Positions 12,540 to 24,471 of a stretch of DNA of 64,000 nucleotides are shown here, piece after piece. The position numbers were made by a program, and so were the translations under genes. Below the pieces are notes generated by a model. It was given only the letters and a program-made list of their open reading frames with translations, was not told the origin of the DNA and searched no databases. Within the stretch, counting starts at the first letter, position 1; each line of letters opens with the position of its first letter. Source of the stretch: the human T2T-CHM13v2.0 reference genome, Homo sapiens; NCBI RefSeq assembly GCF_009914755.1, contig NC_060929.1, one strand, 5' to 3'.

Positions 12540-12735
12540 GTTGTGCAGACTGTAAGGGCCTGGGACTGAATCTCAAATTTGGCTGTGGGACCTTGGGTAA
12601 CCTCTCTGAATCCAGTTTGGCCATCTGTAAAATGGGTATAATAATAGGACTATCTCACAGGGTTATTGGGATGATTAAAAGATACAATCTTTAGAAAGTA
12701 CCCAGGACCTGGTAGATGCACAATTAACAGTTACT
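12540..12735 (+). mobile_element. MIR SINE in CXCL14 intron 2
   Basis: ggctgtgggaccttgggtaa...catctgtaaaatgggtataataata. Confidence 0.75.
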
Positions 12736-15576
12736 GTTACTAGTCATTGGTCATGGAAGATGAAGTGGCCAAGGGGAAAGAGTAGCCTTGCTGTGGGGGC
12801 TCCAGCCTGGAGGGCGAGGCAAGCCTGCTGCTCAGAACTTCTGAGCACCTCTAGGCCACAGGCATGACAGGAGTTGTGGGGAATAAGAGACCACCTAGGG
12901 TATTTGGAAAAGTGCAAGGTGAGAGGTGAGGATGCCACTTCTTGAGGGGTCACAGCCATGCAAGCCATGATGGTAGACTGGGGTGCTGGAATGGGCTTGG
13001 AGGGCAAAGGGGGAGACTGGAAGTGAGAGTGGAAAGAGTGAGAAGAGAGGGACAGAGGTCAGCTAGTTCCCCACTGTTAACCAAATGGAAAATGTCATGG
13101 CTTATATGGGCTAAGTTCTAGAAGGGACAGGATTCCCATTACTTCAGTCTCCCAGTTGATGGGGAAAGAAAATCGGATCTTGCCACCAGAATGGGGGCAT
13201 AATGTTCCTAGGCAACCTGTTCTCTTCCCTTCTCCGTGCTCTGGGTTTCTGGGGTCCCTGCTAGGGCCTAAGCTCCTTGGGGCAGGGGCGGGTCTTCCTG
13301 CTGATGCCAGGTGATGGTGCCTGCCTTGACTGGACTCCTCTGTGACTCCGGGTCATTCCTCTAGCCTTGAGCACAGGCCAGGCTTCAGAGTGAACTCTGG
13401 TTGTCTCTCTCCCCCACTGTGCCCAGTCACCCTGCAGGAATTTAGCAAATGCTTTTCTCTTTCTGCCTACAAGGCTGCTTTAGCATTCTGAAGGAAAGGA
13501 CGTGGTAATGCCTGATAAAAACCCTTTCTCAGTTAGGTCAGTGTGCAGGCTGTGCATCCCAAATCCTGAAGGTCAGGGAGAGCAGGAAGGGAGAGCAGGA
13601 AGGGTCACTCAGCCCTCTCACTACAGTGCTCAAATGCCACGTCATAATACTGGGATTATGAAAATCGGTTGTGGAGTGCAGACATAGGGATTTGTGACTC
13701 CAGCAACTATCAGAAATTCTGAGTCCTGTGACCCTCTCCTCCACAGTTCTGGCGGTGGGGGTAAGGGTTTTGGTGAGAGCTCCATGGACCTATGACACAA
13801 ATTGCTCTTTCTAGAATTCGGACTCTCCTGGATCCTTCTGGGTGCAAGGACTCCCACTTGCAAAGCGGACCTCTCCCCCCGCCCCTACTCCTGCCCCCAC
13901 CCCCAGCCTCAGCAGAGATTTCTGGGTGACTCAGGGTAAGCTGGAAAATTTGCTTTTGTTCAGCCTTTGTGGCTGAAAACCTGCTTTGCAAAAGTGCTGG
14001 CCCCTCATCTGATTTGGAGAGTTTTAGGATTGTGGAGGGGGAGAGGAGCCCCCAGCCCTCAGGGATGGAGTGGGAGGCCCTAGGGGGTGGGTTAGAGGTT
14101 TAGTAGAGGGTGATTGGATTGTGTGCTGATCTCCTGAGGCCCCTGCACGTTTCTACAAGGCTCCGTAAAGCCTTTCTCACACTTGCCTAGCTATAGTTTT
14201 TCTCTATATGTGGAAAAGTTTAGCCAGGAAAAGAGCAAGCCTATTTACTGAGGGCTCTGTCCTTTTTAGGTATCACTGCATCCTTTACCCTGCTTTCTTC
14301 CCCTGCAAGGTCTCAGAAACTTGTTTGGTTAATAGAGTGGTTTTCAGCTCTTAGACGAGTGAGATTTAACTTGGAATTCCCCTGTCATTCTTAGCCCCCA
14401 AACTGGAAGCCCTGAGGAGCTTGGAGCTCCTTTCCCAGCTCATTTGACACTTGGCCCCCACCCAAAAGGATTTTTGGGTATTTTCTTTGAATTTGGTCTG
14501 CAAGGCAAGGGGTAGGGACAAGCAAGTTAATTTAGGTGTCTGTGAAGGAAGGCAGTGGGGTCAGCTCAGTTCCAGTGGATTTCTGAATTCCCCTAATTTC
14601 AGCCTGACAGTGTAGCCCCTAGACGGGGATGGGGGGTGCTGGGTAGGGGTGTGCACTGCTTTCGCAGACACTGTGAAGGCCTTTGCGCCGGTGGGGGCCA
14701 GCTGGTGGAGGGCACTTGCCCAGACTGAGAATAAAGTGCGTCCTGTTTCTGGGGGAGGGGAAGAGGGGCCAATGGTCTGTGGCAAATATTTGGTAGCCGC
14801 TTTGCCAAGGGCTCCCTTCCTGGCCAAGAGCATATTGATGAGGAGGCAGCGGTGCTGGCCTCAAGTGGTTAATTGGGAAGGCGGAGGAGCAAGAAACTAA
14901 GTGTTCTCTCACTCTGCCCCAGTTTTTCCAACATTCCCCACATCCCCACCAAGCAGGGCTCCAGCCATGTGGCACATTAACCCCAGCAGAGCACTTTCTG
15001 CAGTACTGCTCCGTATTGGGGACCCACAAGGAGTACAGTCGGTGAGGGAAGCTCGTGGAGCGTTCTCAAAATAAAATCTCTAGGAGCCAAAAACTTGCGG
15101 TCCACTTGTCTCTGACTGGAACAAGGCTCTGAAGGAGACTCAGGATTTAAGATAGTGTTTGCATTAGTCCTCTATCCAGTGACAGGAAGGCAGCACGCCT
15201 CACAGTTTGGGTGTGAGTGTGTTTTAAGTGATTTCAGTCTAGGTTTTCTGAGTTGGCACAAGGGAACCCTTTAACCCTTGATGGCCCTAGCAGAGTGGGT
15301 GGCCCATGGTACAAATAGGGAGACTGCTCATTTGAATCCTAGCAAGGGTGAACTTGGAGGCGCTGTTCCGGAGCGGGACAGTGACCCCCCTTCCCGACTG
15401 TCTTCCAGAGTGTCTCGCCAGCGTCCTAAGGACTCTCTGGGCAATTACAAAGGCTTTTCCAGGGCCTTGACAAAGTCGGAGAGAAATGTTTGTTAGCCCG
15501 ACCCAGGCCCAGGCTGTGCCCTGGCATTGGGTTGACAGCAGTGCGCACCCCCTCAAGGTGAGGAGCGAGAACTCAC

Positions 15577-15682
15577 ATAACCATCTTCTCCTCGCAGTGC
15601 GGGTACTTTGGCTTCATTTCCAGCTTCTTCACGTCGCTGTAGCGGATCTTGGGTCCCTTCCGGGAGCACTTGCATTTGGACC
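15577..15682 (-). CDS. CXCL14: CXCL14 coding exon 2 (106 nt): [36 protein letters not shown], contains the C-X-C motif
   Basis: Acceptor ctcgcag|GG at 15683/15682 and donor AT|GTGAGT at 15577/15576. Translated by hand and in phase with exon 1. Confidence 0.98.
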
Positions 15683-15857
15683 CTGCGAGCGAGCGCGGGG
15701 CAACGGCTTAGTTGCTAGGCGGTCTCCTGCCCCTCGACCACCTTGGTGCCCACCCAGACCACCCCCCGCGGGATCCCAGGATGCCTAGAAATTGGCGCTT
15801 GGGTTCCCCAGGACAGGACAAGACGAGACGGCGACAAGGGGAGCTCCCCGCACTCAC

Positions 15858-15957
15858 CGTCCACACGCGCGGTGTACAGCGCCAGCAGCAGCAGGAGCAG
15901 CGCGGCCGCCAGGAGCCTCATGCTGACCGGAGGGGCGCGGCGTGGGAGCAGGGACAT
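15858..15957 (-). CDS. CXCL14: CXCL14 coding exon 1: signal peptide (MSLLPRRAPPVS)MRLLAAALLLLLLALYTARVD-G; ATG1 at 15957 (111 aa), ATG2 at 15921 (99 aa)
   Basis: Hydrophobic signal peptide visible in ORF 15715..16227(-). Donor G|GTGAGT at 15858/15857. ATG2 has A at -3; ATG1 has a weak context (cccATGt). Confidence 0.98.
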
Positions 15958-16160
15958 GGGGAGGGCGCTGGCCCGTCGGAGCGGCGGCCCGGAGACGCCA
16001 CCCAGCTCTGCTCGGCTTTCTCTGCCCGGGGCGCGCCTTCCGGCTCTGCTGGCTCCGGCTGCGCCGTCGGTGGATGCCCAGGGCTGTCTGTGGCCGTGCG
16101 CTGCGCTCTGCGCTTGTCTCCGCGCTCTCTCCACAGCCTCCCTCCGCCCGCCCTGGCCTC

Positions 16161-16167
16161 TTTTAAA
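16161..16167 (-). promoter_or_regulatory. TATA-like element TTTAAAA
   Basis: Isolated AT block in GC-rich promoter sequence, ~200 nt upstream of ATG1; GC boxes (GGGCGGGCGG) at 16144-16153. Confidence 0.6.
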
Positions 16168-16198
16168 TCCGCTCCTGCCCTCGCAGCGAGCGAGCTCA

Positions 16199-16204
16199 TT
16201 AATA
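16199..16204 (-). promoter_or_regulatory. Atypical TATA-like element TATTAA
   Basis: CATATTAATG on minus, adjacent to an AP-1 site. Confidence 0.55.
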
Positions 16205-16219
16205 TGCAGAACCACTCGG

Positions 16220-16226
16220 TGACTCA
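16220..16226. promoter_or_regulatory. AP-1 (TRE) site TGACTCA
   Basis: Perfect consensus in the proximal promoter; GC boxes at about 16268-16286. Confidence 0.7.
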
Positions 16227-16737
16227 CTGAGATTTCTCAATGTGGTGAGGGGAGGAGACCTTCCCAGCCCGCCCGTCGCCCGCCCCGGGAAAGGACCCGC
16301 TATCGCAGCGGCGCACACCCGGAGCCACGCGCGCACACGCACACACACATCCGCTACCCTCTCGCTCACACAACACGCCGCCTTCGCACACTTGCACACC
16401 CATACCACAGCGCGCACACATTTCCAGCGTCCCGCTCTGCCTTTGGGGAGCCCAGACGGTGGAGAGGCTGCTGAAGGGCACTGCTTTTCTGAATCGTGTG
16501 GTTCTCTCTCTGGCCCGGCAGGCCAGCTTTTCCGAGCCGGCGGGAGACCCAGGCCCAGGGCTCAGATCCTCAAAGACCTGAAAGGGTTTTGGAGCAGGTG
16601 CCAAGTGTGAGTGCCTGCAGGCCTGACCCCCAAGGGCCCCTGCTGGGCCAGAACACAAGGCCAGTTCTGGACAGGGGCTTGTCATAGACTGTCCAGCAGC
16701 AAAGTCATTGACTGTGATCACTGGAACTGACTCAAAG

Positions 16738-16746
16738 AGGGTATGT
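16738..16746 (+). other. Plus-strand 5' splice donor AGG|GTATGT, candidate end of the first exon of a divergent transcript
   Basis: Good donor at the far edge of the CpG island, followed by G-runs (16757-16779) typical of intronic splicing enhancers. Confidence 0.5.
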
Positions 16747-17809
16747 GTGTGTATGCGGGGGTGGGGACGGGTATTGGGGAGGAGTTTTGGTGACTCCCAA
16801 AGGAAAGCTCCTTAAAGTGGGTCAGTGGCCTGGTGGCTGTGTGAGTGTCTGGGTGGTGGGGAGAACCAGGAGGAGTCCTCACTCTCACACTACTCTCCAA
16901 AGCCAGGTAGAGAGCCCTAGTGGAGAGCGATGACAGTGGTAACCATCTGGATGAAGGCCTTCCCATGTTCTAGACATTGTGCCAGAATGCGAGGTATAGT
17001 GGTGTGAGCCCAGCCATAGTGGCAGAAATTCCCTCCTCACTACTTTCCAGCACAAGTGACTTTACCGCTCTCAGCTTTTGTTTCATCATCTGTAAAGTGC
17101 AGATCATCACAGTGTTTCTGATAGGGTGGCTGTGAGAACTATAGAAATCATACATGTTGTCAGTACCCAGGAAATGTTACTTATTGGCACCATCGTTTTA
17201 TGTCTAATTTATCTATTACTTTGATTCTTACCAATTGGTACTTTTCTTCCAAGTTGGTACTTTTAATTTCTTTATTTGACAGGTGTGGAAACATGCTCTG
17301 AGAGAAGAAATAACTTGTCCAAGGTCACAGAGCTAGGAAGCAGGTGACTAGGCCAGGAGGGTCCTCAGTATATACGGCTGCAGAACTGGGACTCCTGTCC
17401 CTGGACCACTCTGTTGCTTTGAGGCCTGTCTGCCCTTCACTTCTTGCTGCCTTGAGAGACCCAGAGACAGGAGGTGGATCATCTCAAGCTCTTGGAGTCC
17501 CTGGGCTTGGCTGTCAGGAGAGAGCTCACCCAGCTCTATGCCATCAGCCTGGCAGTTCCCTGGAGGCAAAAATGCCCAGAGGGCTTCTGGATGATGGGGA
17601 CAGTCTGCTGAAGGGTGCAATGGGAAGAATCTGTGTCGTCTCTTCCCAACTGGAGAGCCCTTGCTGCTTCAAGAAGAAGCTGAGCCATGAAAAGCAAGCA
17701 GCGCCTATGCGTGCTGTTGTGCCTATACCTAAAGCAAAGCCAATAGCTGGACATTTGCATTTATGCATGAGATGAGTATGAGGGAGTGACTTTTGGCATT
17801 TATGTTAGT

Positions 17810-18600
17810 TTTTAACTCTAAAAATAATTTTTTAAAATATAGAAACAACACGTTTGCCCAGAAAAATCAGAAAACCCAAGCAGAAGAAAACTAACATTTT
17901 CACGCAAGTAAAATCTTGGGTGAAATCTTCCCAAAGCATCCTCTTTTTGCTTTGTGTGCACATGTACACATGGGATCAGGCTGCATGTAGTCTTTAATAA
18001 CCTGCTTGCTATACCTATTAGCATATTGTGAACATCGCTCCATGTGGCTAGCCTTGCTACAACAATAGCTCCCTTAATGGTTTCATCTGAGGCCGGGTAG
18101 TATAATGGCTAAGAGGCTGGTGTCTGGAGTCAAATTGCCTGAGTATGCATCCTAGGGACTAGCTGTGTGACTTTGGGCAAATACCTTAACTCTATTTGGT
18201 ATTGGTTTCCTCATCTGTGAGATGGAGATGATAATAATATGTACAGCATAGGCAGAATTAAATGAGATAGTGCATGTAATGCTTTTAATGTGGTCCCCAA
18301 CACAGAGTAAGTGTTTGATATGTGCTGACCATTGCGGTTATCATGATTTTAGCTGCAGAGTATTCCGTCATACAGATGTACCAGAATTAATTTGACTACT
18401 CCTTGCTGGACATTTGGATTGTTTTCAACCTTACCCTCTTACAACCAATGCTGTTTGACAAATATTCTTGTAGCTCCATTTTGGGGTAGGTTTTAATACA
18501 TTGGATCAGCCCTCAGAAATAGAATCATGGGGCCATGGCACATGCCCATTTTAAGACTTTTCATAGAAATTGCCAATTGCTTTCCAAAAAAATATATTTT
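17810..18600 (-). mobile_element. Old L1 (L1ME-type) 3' fragment interrupted by a MIR (~18095-18330, +)
   Basis: AT-rich L1 3' motifs (gctggacatttggattgttttc, attgccaattgctttcc) flanking a MIR core. Confidence 0.55.
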
Positions 18601-19364
18601 ATGCTGCAAAGGAATTTCTTAAATACCAAGCTTTCCTAGAGCATGTAAAGTATTATTTTTTATTAACGATTTTATTTCTAACATGTTTGTTTCAAGAATA
18701 TGTTGATTGATTAACTGGGATCTAACAACACCAGCGATCGTGGGCACTGAGTTTTCACAGGAAAAAGTAGTTGGCTCTAGAAATATGGACCAACGTTCCC
18801 CAGCTTCTTGGGCTGGACCAGAGGTCAGACGTCCCAGTGTTTTGTCCTCAGTTACACTCCTCAGTCTGTGTATGCAGATCTCTGGTTTGCAGAAGGCAGC
18901 CACTGTGCAAGCAGAGCTGAGCCCTTGTTTGTGTGAGTTCTTCTGGAGCCATGGTACAGGAGAGCATGAGGCCCCTGCTGCCAGCAGGTCTGTGGGGGAT
19001 GCTGCCTAACTGGGTGAGGGAGGGGGCTTGGCCCCTGACACACCTTCAGGGCACAGACTGTCTAGTGAGCCCAAGCCGAGGGCCTCTGAGCAGGTGGGCA
19101 TGTGTGAGGCCGTTCTTTGTACAGTGGCACTGTCTGCTTCAAGGAGGTCCCTGGGGTACAGTGAAGGACAGCACACATGCCTTGCCTGTGTGTGTGTATG
19201 CATGTGTGCAGATGTCAACACATTCATGGTCATACTGGATTCTACAGAAGAGGTAGACGTGAAGTGTGGGGGCACAGAGGAGGGAGGAAGTGGAAACAGG
19301 ACATCACTCCTTGAGGGAGTGGAAATTTTGCTGAGACCCCAGGGATTTGCTTATTTCTTCTCTT

Positions 19365-19650
19365 TACATTTATTGAGCACCCACTGTGTCCCAGGCGTTG
19401 TACGAGGTGCTGGGGGTTTGAGGTGAGCCAAGGCAGCTGTGTGCCTGTCCCCAAGCAGCTCAGAGTCTAGTGGGGAAGGCAGACATTAGCTATAAACCAC
19501 AGAGATCAGTGTGAAACTCCTGCAGAGGTCAGTGTCCTGGAGGGTGGTTGGTGCTAGGAGACTCATCAGGGGATCTGACAGGGTGACGAGGTGGGGACAA
19601 ATTCCTGGAGGAAAGGGCCATTGAGTTAGATATGAAGGATGGAAAGGAAT
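19365..19650 (-). mobile_element. L2 3' fragment
   Basis: catttattgagcacccactgtgtcccaggc...ctcagagtctagtggggaaggcagaca. Confidence 0.7.
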
Positions 19651-19799
19651 TAACCAGTGACCACAGGAGGGAGGCCACTCCTGGCCCTTCATGGTCCCTG
19701 CTGCTCACACAGTGATCTCCTGGGGGAAGTCCCTGCTCTGAACCCTTTACTGGCTCCCGATCTCATGCAGAGTGGAAGCCAAGTCCCCAGCAGTGCGCA

Positions 19800-20230
19800 C
19801 CCAATCATGACCAGCACCTGCCATGCTCCCCACAGGCTGTGCTCCAGATACTCTGCCTTGTCTTACCTTCAAACATCCAAGCCTGTTCCCACCTCAGGGT
19901 CTTTGTGCTCACTGGCCCCTCCACCTGCAGTGCTCCTCCCCAGGGGCTGACAGGCAACCCTCTTCTCCTCAGTGAGCCTGGGCTCCAATATTCACCATCC
20001 AGTTCTAATCCCACGAGCATACCCCCAACAACAGTCCCTCTCTGTGTTGCCACCGATTTTAGTTTATTCATTGTATGTGCAGCAACCTCAAATTGTACAT
20101 TTTCATATTTATTTGGGGGTGCATTGTGGATGATCTGTCTGTGTCTGTGGGTGTCTGTCTTGCTCATCCTCAGTATCTACAACAGTGATTGGCATGTAGC
20201 AGGGGTTCACTCCCTATCTGTGGAGTAAAT
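19800..20230 (+). mobile_element. L2 3' fragment
   Basis: cccacctcagggtctttgtgctcactg...acagtgattggcatgtagcagg. Confidence 0.6.
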
Positions 20231-20314
20231 AAAAACATGTTTCAGGCAACAGCTCAGCATGTGAGAGTACTGCTGAATCCAGGCTGCACAGGCTACAAGG
20301 TTGCATGTGAGAAA

Positions 20315-20354
20315 GTGTGTGTGCGTGTGTGTGTGTGTGTGTTTGCGTGTGTGT
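20315..20354. repeat. Imperfect (TG)n microsatellite
   Basis: Direct read. Confidence 0.85.
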
Positions 20355-21309
20355 AGGGGTGGCCATGGGGAGTCCATATTCCCAGGGAAGCCAGTTCATC
20401 CTCAGGGCATTTGTTTTAGAGATGAAGTCTCTGGGAAGAGGAGGTGGTGATAACAGGAGTGTGACTTTCCAGGAAATCCCACAGGTGTCTGGGCACTACC
20501 TCCTTGGTCTGCTTAGAAAGGGGTCTTGACTGGTCAAGGCTGGTTTTCTGCCCTGGGAGCTGGGATCCAGGGCAATTCCTTCCCCCATTCTTTTAGTTCT
20601 TTTCGTGACTGACCTTCTTTTCAGAAGAGGAGTCCTTTTTACTTCCCTGGCAGGACAGGAATCCTAGAATTCAGCACTGGTAGAGGCTGAGGCCACAACT
20701 GGCCTTCATTGTACATATGAGGAAACTGAGGCCCAGCAATGGGGTTGACTGCATACAAGATCTCCCTGTGCATTAATGTTAGCCAGCCTCCTGTCTCTGT
20801 GTCCTGTACCTAGCTACTTAGGCCAGAGCAAGATCCTGGGCTCCAGTAACCTGTCTGGCCCCATCACCACTCATGACATGGTGGGTCACCCCAAAATACC
20901 TGCTTCCATTGTGTTGTGTGGCTGCTGGCTCTGAATCCAAGCCTGGCGGGTGCCTCTCCCTCTCCAGCTCCTCCCTCTGTCTGTTCACCTGCAGCCTGTG
21001 GAGTCTGGGCAGCCAGCTGCCTCCTCTGTGCAGCTTTCTTTCAGCTACAGCCCTGCATGCTGACCCCTTCCCTGGCCATGCTCTGGGGTGAAGGAAGTTG
21101 AAGGACCAAGGTTCCCAAGAACAACCTCTGGTTTTGTTCTTCACACTGCAAATATTTAGAGATCCTGAGTAACTTAAGCCCAGAGAAAATGATGTGGGGG
21201 ACAGCCAGGCAGTATTGAATTAGGCTTAAAGCAGCCCCGAGGCAGAGTGTATGTAGGGGGGCTCTGTTACTCAGATGGGTCACAGGGGGCACTGCAAGAT
21301 TCCCCTAAA

Positions 21310-22110
21310 CATGGGAGAAAATGCTTGCAGCAAATATGACAAACCAACAAGTAGCATTTATTCCACCATCTATTCATCCAACAACACTCCCTTACAGGCA
21401 AGCATCTTTATTATATTAAGAACACATGCAAAGATATTTCCGAAGAGGGCCCTAACATATAAATGAGCAAAGGACATCAAAGGACAATTCAGGAGAAAAA
21501 GAAAGGCAATTAACCAATTCATCAAAGAACATGCATCCTCTTTGGCAATGAAGGAAAAGCACAGCAGTGCTGCAGGATCACGGCATTTTGGTTTTGGTCC
21601 CACTCAATGAGGAAATGTTTATTTTAAATAGCAACATCCAAAGCTGATAATGGTAAAGTGAGGAAGCATCACTTAAGCATCACTCATGGGACTATCAATT
21701 GGTACAAAATTTGGGGAAGTTATATTTATAGTATGGTATCCAGACTGTTTGAAGTAAACCATTTCATCTTATTAACCACTTCAGAAATCTGTTTAAAATT
21801 CTCATAATGGAGAAATACCACATGCAAAGCTAGTCCTTGTTAAAAATAAAGATTTAAACTAAATGCCCAACAATGGGGGATTAAGAAAACAATGAAAGCT
21901 CTAAATTTGTGGAGTAAATGCTTATGCAGTAAGTAGAAAAAACACAAGGTTGTGTAAACACTGTGATTATAAGTATGCAAAACAGTAACCTCTGTACAAA
22001 GGATGGCAAGACAGAGTTACAAACGTCATTCTCTTTGAGTGGCGAAATGTTGGGCATTGTTGTTGTAAAGCTTCTCTCCTTGCTTTCCAGTTTTTCAGAA
22101 TGTTCTTGTT
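21310..22110 (+). mobile_element. Old L1 (L1ME-type) ORF2 end / 3' UTR fragment
   Basis: aaatgagcaaaggacatc...actaaatgcccaacaatgggg-type motifs. Confidence 0.55.
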
Positions 22111-22829
22111 ATAACAGCAACTCAGGAGCAGTTGATTCAGCGAGGGCTTGGGCAGCCTTCAGCCTCACTGAGCAGACGCTGGCGATGGGCGATGAGCACC
22201 TGTGCTGTGCAGGTGGCACTGCAGAGAGGCAGGTAGAGTTGTTGGTGGCTTGGGTGAGTCCCATGGTGAGGGTCTAGGCCCATCTTTAGAGCTGTCCCCC
22301 ACTGCTTGGCACAGGGGAACAAGCAGCCCCTCCATCCGGCCTCACTTGTCCTCATTCTGCTCTGCCCCACCTCCTGCCTCTCTCACCAGCCCTGTTCCAT
22401 GTTTGCAGCAGAGTCCTAGGCCTCTGTGCAGGCACCGCCAAGTCCTGTCTCCTTGGCTAGGCTGTTTGCTTTCGTTTGCCTTCCTGAAACTGCGAAGATG
22501 TCATTTTACAGGGAAGCCCTCCTTGACTGCACACATCTGCCTGACTCCCGTCCTAGCCCCAGGGTAGGAGAGGCACCTGCTGTCCGCGTGGCTCGTAGAC
22601 CTTGTTGTCTCCAGTGCCACTCCTCACACTTGTAAAGGCTCCTATGAGGTCTTCTTTCAGGTCCATGATCCTCTGAGGTTGCTCTGTGTCTTTCTTATTA
22701 ATTCTAGTTCCCCAGCTTGAGCACAGGGCCGGGCACACAGTAGGTGCTCAATGAAGAAATGATTGAATGCAGGATGAACGAATGCAGGATGAATGAATTA
22801 ATGTGGATCACAGTTTATCACAGTCTAGT

Positions 22830-23310
22830 GTGTTACAGAGTCAGACTTCCTGGTCTAGAGTACTAGTCTATCACTCTGTGCTTCTGCTTCCTCATCTGTA
22901 AAAAGAAGATAATAATAATAATAATAATAAATAATCAGGCTGTGATAAGGATTAAATGAGCTGATATAGAACAAACATGTTGCACAGTATCTTGTCACAT
23001 AGTAAGTGTTCCATAAATGTTCATTCTTGTTTTATGATTATTAAATCTCGTAGACTCACTCCCCTTATCTGTGGGTTGGCTTGGCTAATTTCTTTTGCTT
23101 TATATTTATGAAATGCTTATAGAATGCTTACTATGTCTCAAGGACTGTTCTAAGTGCTATACAAATATTAATTTATTTAATTTTCATAACCACACAAAGT
23201 AGGTTATCCCCATTTTACAGATGAGGAAACTGAGGAGAAGGTTAAGTATGTTGCCCAAAATAACTACCAAGTGGCAGAGCTGAGATTCAAACCCAAGCAA
23301 TCTGACTCTG
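22830..23310. mobile_element. Two MIRs in opposite orientation (~22830-23020 +, ~23115-23310 -), with a (TAA)n expansion at 22909-22934
   Basis: cctcatctgtaaaa core on plus; ccccattttacagatgaggaaactgagg on the opposite strand. Confidence 0.8.
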
Positions 23311-23472
23311 GAGTCCTGCTCTGCACGGCCATACGCTGCCTCCCAGGAGGAGGGTGGGGGGACGCTCCCTACCTTTTGCCCAGGTGTCACCCACTACCTT
23401 CCTGTCTGCATGCTGCTGCCACCTGGTCCTCAGTTCTTCTCCCTGGAGGGCATCCCAGAGTTCTCAACCAGC

Positions 23473-23609
23473 TAGGATTGTCAACTTTAACAAACAAAAA
23501 ATACAAAATGCCCATGCAATATTTACGGCATACTTATACTCAAAATTATTCATTGTTTATACTGAAATTCAAATTTAACTTGTGGCCTGTATTTTAACTG
23601 GCAACCCTA
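23473..23609. mobile_element. MER53 hAT MITE with internally deleted left arm
   Basis: TIRs taggattgtca / tggcaacccta; 8-bp TSD caaccagc/catccagt; gaaattcaaatttaact arm. Confidence 0.8.
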
Positions 23610-23719
23610 CATCCAGTACCAGAGGGTGGTAATGTGGTGGTCCAAGGAGTCTTCTGCAGTGATCTCAGACACAGACATGGAGCCTTCTGGGTCTGCCATG
23701 GGCGGAATGTGGGGAGAGA

Positions 23720-24471
<752 letters not shown>

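Larger units (their letters stand above)
7822..16135 (-). other. CXCL14: CXCL14 transcription unit (4 exons; ends approximate)
   Basis: The four exons splice to the recognised CXCL14 protein. The 5' end is inferred ~30 nt downstream of TTTAAAA (16161-16167, minus). The 3' end is inferred ~20 nt downstream of AATAAA (7843-7848, minus). Confidence 0.9.
15560..16560. promoter_or_regulatory. CpG island over the CXCL14 promoter, exon 1, intron 1 and exon 2
   Basis: Very GC-rich with dense CpG, against a CpG-depleted background. Confidence 0.9.

Noticed and set aside
15712-16721. Several 120-172 aa ORFs on both strands over the CpG island
   Set aside because: Stop-poor GC-rich DNA; only the frame matching CXCL14 exon 1 has splice and protein support.
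21278-22222. Partial CTCF-like matches (cacagggggcact ~21281, tgcaggtggcact ~22208)
   Set aside because: The 5' CCAS half of the core is mismatched; too weak to call.
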